DNA of 62,574 bases from an uncultured Candidatus Saccharimonas sp. (lineage in GTDB: Bacteria; Patescibacteriota; Saccharimonadia; Saccharimonadales; AQU-01). A program made the position numbers and the translations under genes. Below the pieces are notes generated by a model. It had not been told where the DNA came from and made no database searches. It saw only the letters and a list, made by a program, of their open reading frames with translations. Location of the stretch: the NCBI GenBank assembly GCA_943358095.1, contig CALRGT010000005.1, forward strand, positions 1 to 62,574. Reading direction: 5' to 3'. Positions 55,410 through 62,574 of the stretch are shown in pieces; position 1 is the first letter of the stretch; each line of letters opens with the position of its first letter.

Positions 55410-58400
55410 ATGGCTAAAGCGATAACAACAACACCTAAAGAACGAGTATTTTATACAAAGACCGATGACAGTTTGGATCTACCAAATCTAGTCGATCACC
55501 AAAACAAATCATTCCAATGGTTTGTAGAAGAAGGACTAGGCGAACTATTAGCCGAGATTAGTCCCATCGATGACTACACAGGAACAAAACTTACCCTATC
55601 GTTCAAGGATTATCGTTTTGAAGATCCAAAATTGTCAGAAGCAGAAGCACGAGAGAACAACGTTAGCTATGACGCACCTCTAAAAGCTACTGTTGTTTTG
55701 ACAAACAAAGTTACTGGCGAAGTAAAAGAGCAAGAAATCTACCTTGGTGATTACCCATGGATGACGACTCGTGGAACTTTCGTTATTAACGGTGCTGAGC
55801 GTGTTGTTGTAAGTCAGTTGATTCGTTCAGCTGGTGTGTTCTTTACTGCCGACAACAAAGGTTCTCACAATCTATATGGCGCCAAAGTTATCCCTGGCCG
55901 TGGCGCATGGTTAGAGTTCGAGACCGCCGCTAACGGTGCTATTTTTGTTAAGATTGACCGCAAGCGCAAAATTCCTATCACGACTTTGCTACGAGCACTA
56001 GGTATGACTGACATTCAGATGCGCGAATCATTTGCTCATGTCGACCAAGGCAAGCTCAACTACCTAGAAGCAACAATGGAAAAAGACCCAGCTAAAGCTA
56101 ATAACGAAGCTTTGATTGAGGTTTATCGCCGTTTGCGACCAGGTGATCTTGCTACAGTAGAGAATGCCCGTTCACTACTAGAGAACATGTTCTATAACTA
56201 CAAACGATTCGACTTCAGTAAAGTTGGTCGTTATAAGATTAACAAGCGTTTGAATCTTGATGTTCCAAATGTTTTAGAGAAGCGCGTTATGCGTCTAGAA
56301 GATTTGATTGCGATTATTGCCGAAATTATTCGTCTTAATAATACTCAAGAACCAGCTGATGATATCGACAGTCTAGCTAACCGACGCGTTAAATTGGTTG
56401 GTGAACTTGTTCAGCGCCAATTCCGTATTGGTTTACTACGAATGGAACGAAATACTAAAGACCGAATGAGCATGAGTGAAATCGAGACAGTGTCACCAGC
56501 TCAATTGATCAATGCTCGTCCAATTGTTGCTGCTGTACGCGAGTTCTTCGCAAGCTCACAATTGTCGCAGTTCATGGATCAGATCAACCCACTAAGCGAA
56601 CTCGCTCACAAGCGACGCCTAAGCTCTATGGGACCTGGTGGTTTGTCACGCGAACGTGCAGGTTTTGAAGTTCGTGACGCTCATGCAACTCACTACGGAC
56701 GTATTTGTACTGTAGAAACACCTGAAGGTGCCAACATTGGTTTGGTGCTAAACCTTGCAAGCTATGCTCGTATTAATGACTATGGTTTTATTGAAACACC
56801 TTACCGCAAGGTAATTAACGCTGTTTCTGCTGCAAAGTCAGTTGGATATGAAGCTTCAGTTAATCTTGAAGACGAAAAAGGTAAAGTTATCGTTAAGGCT
56901 GGTGCTACTATCACAGCCGAAAACGCTAAGAAATTAGCAGAAGTTAAGAAGCAGGCTACATGGCCAGTACGCGCTAAAGTTACTAAGGAAATCGTTTATC
57001 TTGACGCTTCAGACGAAGAGCACGCAGTTATTGCCAGTGCTACTGAAGATATTGATGGTGACGGTTACTTCGTAGACGAGCGCGTAAGTGTTCGTAAGTA
57101 TCTAGCTTCTGGAGAAGTAGACGCTAACGAAGTTACTCACATGGATGCATCACGACGCCAGATTATTGGTTCTAGTGCTGCATTGATTCCGTTTATTGAA
57201 AAGAACTACGTTTATCGCTCATTGATGGGTAGTAACCAGCAGCGTCAAGCCGTACCTCTTATTGTTCCTGTAGCGCCAATTGTTGGTACTGGAATGGAAG
57301 GTATCGCAGCTCGTAACACTGGTCAGCTTATAGTAGCTGAAGCAGATGGTGAAGTTTTGAGTGCAAGCGCTGATGAAATCGTCGTTAAGTACAAAGAACG
57401 AACCGTTAAATATCACCCACAACACTATGTACGCAGTAACGAAGGCACTTGTATCAACCACAAAGTTGTTGTCAGTACTGGCGACAAAGTTAAGACTGGT
57501 GATCCTTTAAGTGAAGGTATGTCAGTTGCTGGTGGTGAGCTAGCTCTTGGTAAAGACTTAACTGTTGCGTTCATGCCTTGGTCTGGATACAACTTTGAAG
57601 ACGCTATCATCATTTCTCGCAAATTAGTCGAAGATGATACTTTGACATCTATTCATATCGTCGACTTCATGACCGAAGTTCGCGAAACTAAGTTGGGGCC
57701 TGAAATTGTCACACGAGATATTCCAAACGTTTCAGAAGAAGCTTTGCGACACCTTGATGACGACGGAATTGTCCGAATTGGTGCCGAAGTACATCCTGGC
57801 GATATTCTAGTAGGTAAAATCACACCTAAGGGCGAACAGGAACTAAGTTCTGAAGAACGATTGCTACGTGCTATATTTGGTGAAAAAGCTAAAGAAGTTC
57901 GCGATACTTCACAGCGTATGAGTAACGGTAAACACGGTAAAGTTGTTGGCGTAAAAGTATTCTCACGAGCTAATGGACACGAGCTTAAGGCTGGTGTTTT
58001 GATGCAGATTCAGATCTTCGTGGCTCAGATGCGTAAAATTGCTGTCGGCGATAAGCTAGGTGGACGTCACGGTAACAAGGGTGTTATCGCTCGTATTCTA
58101 CCAGTAGAAGACATGCCATTTAACGAAGCTGGTATGCCAGTAGATATCGTACTAAACCCACTAGGTATTCCTTCTCGTATGAACATGGGTCAGCTATTTG
58201 AAACTCACCTTGGCATCGCTGCTAAGATGCTCGGTATTAACGTTGCTAGCCCATCATTTAACGGTGTTAGCGTCGACAAAATTCGCAACCTGCTAAACGA
58301 AGCTGGACTACCAGAAGACGGCAAGCAGCAACTATTTGACGGCCGAACTGGCGAACCATTCAGAGAGCGAACAACTGTTGGCTCAATGTACATGATTAAG

Positions 58401-59009
58401 CTAAACCACATGATCGCAGATAAGATTCACGCTCGATCAACTGGACCATACACAATGGTTACACAGCAGCCACTAGGTGGTAAAGCTCAAAACGGTGGTC
58501 AGAGATTTGGAGAAATGGAAGTCTGGGCTCTAGAAGCTTACGGTGCTTCACACACTCTACAAGAAATGTTGACCATTAAGTCAGACGACGTTTACGGACG
58601 ATCAAAGGCCTACGAATCAATCATCAAGGGTACAGAAATTGTTGGACCAAAGGTGCCAGAAAGCTTTAACGTGTTAGTCAAGGAATTGCAGGGTCTAGGT
58701 CTTAAAGTTGACTTGATGACTGCCGATGCAATAATTGACGCCGAAAAAGTCCTTGCAGCAAGTATCAAGGAAGAAGCCGCTCACTTACCAGTAGTAGATG
58801 TACCAATGGATATGGCTTCAGCTGTAGATGTTACGACTGATGCAGTAGCTGACGAATTTCTAGAACTAGAACTTGACTCAGATATGCCAGTTGGTGGAAT
58901 AGAAGAAATAGAAAACGACCAAGACTTTACTGTAACTTTAACTGATGACGAAAACGGTCAGGATGTTACTGCCAAGGATGACGATAACGAAGGAGGATCA
59001 GCACTATGA
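55410..59009 (+). CDS. rpoB: DNA-directed RNA polymerase subunit beta
   Basis: Similarity across the full length of RpoB (e.g. GDKLGGRHGNKGV, NPLGIPSRMNMGQ, GGQRFGEMEVWALEAYGA), with an acidic C-terminal tail. 1199 aa. Confidence 0.97.
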   Translation: MAKAITTTPKERVFYTKTDDSLDLPNLVDHQNKSFQWFVEEGLGELLAEISPIDDYTGTKLTLSFKDYRFEDPKLSEAEARENNVSYDAPLKATVVLTNKVTGEVKEQEIYLGDYPWMTTRGTFVINGAERVVVSQLIRSAGVFFTADNKGSHNLYGAKVIPGRGAWLEFETAANGAIFVKIDRKRKIPITTLLRALGMTDIQMRESFAHVDQGKLNYLEATMEKDPAKANNEALIEVYRRLRPGDLATVENARSLLENMFYNYKRFDFSKVGRYKINKRLNLDVPNVLEKRVMRLEDLIAIIAEIIRLNNTQEPADDIDSLANRRVKLVGELVQRQFRIGLLRMERNTKDRMSMSEIETVSPAQLINARPIVAAVREFFASSQLSQFMDQINPLSELAHKRRLSSMGPGGLSRERAGFEVRDAHATHYGRICTVETPEGANIGLVLNLASYARINDYGFIETPYRKVINAVSAAKSVGYEASVNLEDEKGKVIVKAGATITAENAKKLAEVKKQATWPVRAKVTKEIVYLDASDEEHAVIASATEDIDGDGYFVDERVSVRKYLASGEVDANEVTHMDASRRQIIGSSAALIPFIEKNYVYRSLMGSNQQRQAVPLIVPVAPIVGTGMEGIAARNTGQLIVAEADGEVLSASADEIVVKYKERTVKYHPQHYVRSNEGTCINHKVVVSTGDKVKTGDPLSEGMSVAGGELALGKDLTVAFMPWSGYNFEDAIIISRKLVEDDTLTSIHIVDFMTEVRETKLGPEIVTRDIPNVSEEALRHLDDDGIVRIGAEVHPGDILVGKITPKGEQELSSEERLLRAIFGEKAKEVRDTSQRMSNGKHGKVVGVKVFSRANGHELKAGVLMQIQIFVAQMRKIAVGDKLGGRHGNKGVIARILPVEDMPFNEAGMPVDIVLNPLGIPSRMNMGQLFETHLGIAAKMLGINVASPSFNGVSVDKIRNLLNEAGLPEDGKQQLFDGRTGEPFRERTTVGSMYMIKLNHMIADKIHARSTGPYTMVTQQPLGGKAQNGGQRFGEMEVWALEAYGASHTLQEMLTIKSDDVYGRSKAYESIIKGTEIVGPKVPESFNVLVKELQGLGLKVDLMTADAIIDAEKVLAASIKEEAAHLPVVDVPMDMASAVDVTTDAVADEFLELELDSDMPVGGIEEIENDQDFTVTLTDDENGQDVTAKDDDNEGGSAL

Positions 59010-62000
59010 TGCGAAGATACAACAACAGTACAGATATCGCCGATTTTAACGCAGTTAGATTAGCTGTCGCCAGCCCTACTGATATTTTGGAATGGTCACA
59101 CGGCGAAATTACTAAGCCAGAAACAATCAACTATCGCACTCAGAAACCTGAGCGCGATGGTCTGTTCTGCGAAAGAATCTTTGGACCAGTTAAAGATATA
59201 AACCCACATGACGCTAAGTTCAAGGGCATGCGCAGCCGAGAAGCAGCAGTCGACAAGAACGGCGAAATCGTTACCAAAAGCATCGTACGACGTGAGCGAA
59301 TGGGTCATATTACTCTCGCTAGTCCAGTTGCACACATTTGGTTCCTTCGTGGGACACCGTCAGCTATTGGTCTAGTACTAGGCATGACTGTTAAGAACTT
59401 GGAAAGAATCGCTTACTTTGCCAGCTACATCATCAAAGAAGCTGATACTGCAAAGCGCGATACTATTCTAGCTGACAAAGAAGCTCAATACGTAGCAGCA
59501 CAAGAAGCTATTCGAATGCGCTACGAAAACGATGCTCACGCTGAGAACGCTGATGTTAAATCATTAGCAGCAGCTCAAACTAAAGAAATCGAAGAACTTA
59601 TTGCTGACTACGAACTAGCAAAAGAACAGCTTCAAGGTTTAGAGCGCTTACGACTTATCGGTGAAACTGATTACCGTAACCTACCAGATGATTTCCAGGC
59701 TTTGATTAAGGTTGGAATGGGTGGCTCAACACTAAAAGACATTCTAGAAACTGTTGACCTAGAAGATCTAATCAAGGATCTAAACGTAGAAGTTGAAGAA
59801 ACTAAGGGTCTTCGCAAGAAGAAGATCATGAAGCGACTTCGATTACTAGAAAGCATGCACCGTGCCGGCATTAAGCCAAGCAGCTTGTGTGTCACAGTAT
59901 TGCCAGTGATCCCTCCGGATCTTCGCCCTATGGTTCAGCTAACTGGTGGCCGTTTTGCGACATCAGACCTCAATGACCTTTACAGAAGAGTCATTAACCG
60001 TAACAATCGTTTGAAGAAATTGATTGATTTGAACGCTCCAGAAGTTATTCGTCGTAACGAGCAACGCATGCTTCAAGAGGCAGTTGACGCTCTAATCGAC
60101 AACAACAACGCTCGTTCAGGCCGTGCTGTAGCCGCTACAGGTCAGCGCCGCCGTCTTAAGTCACTCAGCGACATGTTAAAGGGCAAGCAAGGACGATTCC
60201 GTCAGAACTTGCTTGGTAAGCGTGTTGACTACTCTGGTCGTTCAGTAATCATTGCTGGTCCAGAACTTAAGATTTTCCAATGTGGTATGCCAAAGATGAT
60301 GGCGCTTGAACTATTCAAGCCATTTGTTATCGGTTACCTGATCACTAATGAGTTTGCACATAACATTCGTAGCGCAACTCGTATGATTGAAGCTGGTGAA
60401 ATCGCTGTATGGGATGCTCTCGACGAAGTAATTAAGGGCAAGTACGTGTTGCTAAACCGTGCGCCATCACTTCACCGTTTGAGTATCCAAGCTTTCCAAC
60501 CGATTCTAATTGAAGGTAAGGCTATCCAACTTCACCCATTAGTATGTAAAGGCTTTAACGCCGACTTTGACGGTGACCAAATGGCTGTCCACTTGCCACT
60601 TTCTGACGCCGCACAGGCCGAAGCTCGTGACATTATGGTTGCCAGCAAGAACTTGCTCAAGCCAGCAGACGGTTCGCCAATCCTACATATCGAACAAGAT
60701 ATCGTGCTTGGTTGTTACTACTTAACATACGAGCGCCCAGGTGCTCAAGCTGAACAGAAGTCATTCTCTGGTATTAACGAAGCTCTAATGGCTTACGACA
60801 GCGGTGTTATCGAATTGCAAGCAAAAGTACGTTTGCCGTTCCGTGGCGCTATGGTTGAAACGACTCTTGGACGCGTATTGTTTAACGAGATCTTCCCAGA
60901 AGATTTCCCGTTCCAGGACGAAACAATGACCAAGAAGAAGTTGCAGCAAGTTGTAGCATTGTCATACCAGAAGTACGGTCAATCAATAACTGCTACTATT
61001 GCAGATGATTTGAAAGACATCGGCTTCTTGTACGCTACTAAATCTGGTATCTCAATGGGTATGAATGACTTTAGTGACATTCCAACTCTTGATGCAATGA
61101 TTCAGGCTGGTGAAGATAAGACTACAGAAATCAGTGACCAATATGACCAAGGTTTCATTACAGAAGACGAGCGATATCGCTTAACAGTCGATACTTGGAT
61201 GAAGGCTGACGCTCAAATCCAACAGACTCTAAGTGAGCAGTTTGCTACAGAAGATAGCTCAATGGCTATCGCCGTTATATCTGGTGCTCGTGGTAACATC
61301 AGCCAGGTTAAGATGGCTGTCGGTTTGCTAGGTGTAACAACTGATGCAACTGGTCGTGCAATCGAACTTCCTATCAAGTCAGGCTACAAAAAAGGTCTTA
61401 CTCCACTAGAATACTTTACTGCTACTCGTGGTTCACGTAAGGGTATGATCGACACAGCCCTAAAGACAGCCGACTCAGGTTACCTAACTCGTCGTCTAGT
61501 AGATGTCAGCCAGGACGTATTCACTATTGCTGAAGATGTTGCTGACCCAGGATTCCCAATTTTCCGAAGCGACTCAGAAGAAATTGGCGTACCTTATGGT
61601 TCACGATTACGCGGACGATTCGCAGCTGAAAATATTGCAAAATTAGTCAAAAAAGGTGAGTTAATCACTATCGAAATATCTCAAGCAATTGAAGATGACA
61701 GCACTCTAGATGGTGTTAAGATCATGAGCGTTCTAAGTTGTACTAGCGTTAAGGGTGTGTCACGTAAGTCTTACGGACTAGACCCAGCTACTGGCGAACT
61801 AGTTGCTGCATATCACCCAGCCGGTGTTATTGCTGCACAAAGTATCGGTGAGCCAGGTACACAGCTAACTCTAAAGACATTCCACTCAGGTGGTGTTGCG
61901 GGTGAAGACATCACTACAGGTCTTCCACGTGTCGAAGAATTGTTCGAAGTTCGTACTCCTAAGGGTCAAGCATTCTTAAGCGAACTTGGTGGAGCAGTAT

Positions 62001-62574
62001 CAGTCTGGGAAGATGGTGACCATTACGTAGTACAGATTACAGCCTCAGAAGATGCGATTGTTGAACTAGCTGTTGCTGGTAGAATTAATCAAATCAAGAA
62101 TAATGCTGAAGTAGCAATTGGCGACATAGTTGCTTCTGCTGAAGACGGTAGCGATCCATTAATCTCACCAGTTGCTGGCAAAGCGCATGTTACCAAGAAG
62201 CTGATTACAATATCACCTACTAAGCAGAGTGTTGCTCGCTACGAAATCCCAAGTTACAAGCAAGTTCTCGTTAAAGATGGCGACACAGCAGTAGCTGGTC
62301 AAAGACTTACTAACGGTTCAATTAACTTGCATGAGTTGATGGCATTGCAAGGTGTTGAGGCAACTCAGCGCTATATCATGAACGATATTTTGAAGATCTT
62401 TGCATCACAGGGTCAAAACATTAACGACAAGCACCTTGAAGTTATTGTTAGACAGATGTTTAGTCGAGTACAGATAGAAGAAACAGGCGATAGTCAGTTT
62501 GTTATCGGCGACGTTGTAAGTAAATTGGCAGTAGTTGAAGCTAATGAAGAACTAACCGCTGACGACAAGAAGCC
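59006..62574 (+). CDS. rpoC: DNA-directed RNA polymerase subunit beta-prime (3' end lies outside the window)
   Basis: Absent from the ORF track because there is no stop codon in the window. ATG at 59006 overlaps the rpoB stop (ATGA), with AGGAGG at 58991-58996. My own translation gives [64 protein letters not shown] (60557 onward) and [21 protein letters not shown]. Confidence 0.95.
   Translation, partial: [1189 protein letters not shown]

Overview
This is an AT-rich (roughly low-40s % GC by eye), very gene-dense chromosomal segment. It holds about 55 protein genes and one tRNA, with no rRNA, CRISPR array, transposase or integrase. The standard genetic code applies: TGA terminates pheT, gatA, hisS and rpoB. 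About 85% of coding sequence is on the + strand. The content is housekeeping: pheT 3' end, ABC exporter, NUDIX, FKBP, Grx-like plus trxB, ppa, uvrB, gatC-gatA-X-gatB, galU, a ytxG/ytxH-like pair, dnaE, CAP-domain surface protein, orphan PilB-like ATPase, rplS, rnhB, yraN, M1 aminopeptidase, nusA, clpC, radA, class A PBP, tyrS, recG, rsmD, tRNA-Leu(TAG), hisS, tig, clpP and rpoB. There is also a tightly packed gap-rpiB-rpe-tktN-tktC-fba-PfkB-kinase operon. A 3'-truncated rpoC (59006 to the window end) is absent from the ORF track because it has no stop codon in the window. The split transketolase, tiny or overlapping gene junctions and several lineage-specific small ORFs fit a reduced-genome Patescibacteria/CPR (Saccharibacteria-like) organism, but that is inference only. 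The main observations are as follows. (1) RpoC has lost all four Cys of the N-terminal Zn-binding domain and three of four Cys of the second Zn site, with no indels. (2) Two perfect CIRCE (HrcA) operators sit on the clpC and clpP promoters, each with a -35 box inside the spacer. (3) A dispersed quasi-palindromic intergenic repeat built from CATTGA/TCAATG iterations occurs three times. (4) A TGnTATAAT-type -10 box lies 6-10 nt before the start codon of many genes, implying leaderless mRNAs. (5) A promoter-proximal intrinsic terminator precedes nusA. (6) A partial duplicate of the tRNA-Leu 3' half carries a GC-rich insert in the T-loop. (7) Unknown genes are embedded in conserved operons: gatA-X-gatB, nusA-X, clpC-X-radA, and an unknown/SLOG pair. 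(8) TyrS carries TIGN in place of HIGH, and the PilB-like ATPase contains no cysteine. No self-contained novel multi-gene system is evident. The candidates above are the parts of the window that standard annotation does not explain.
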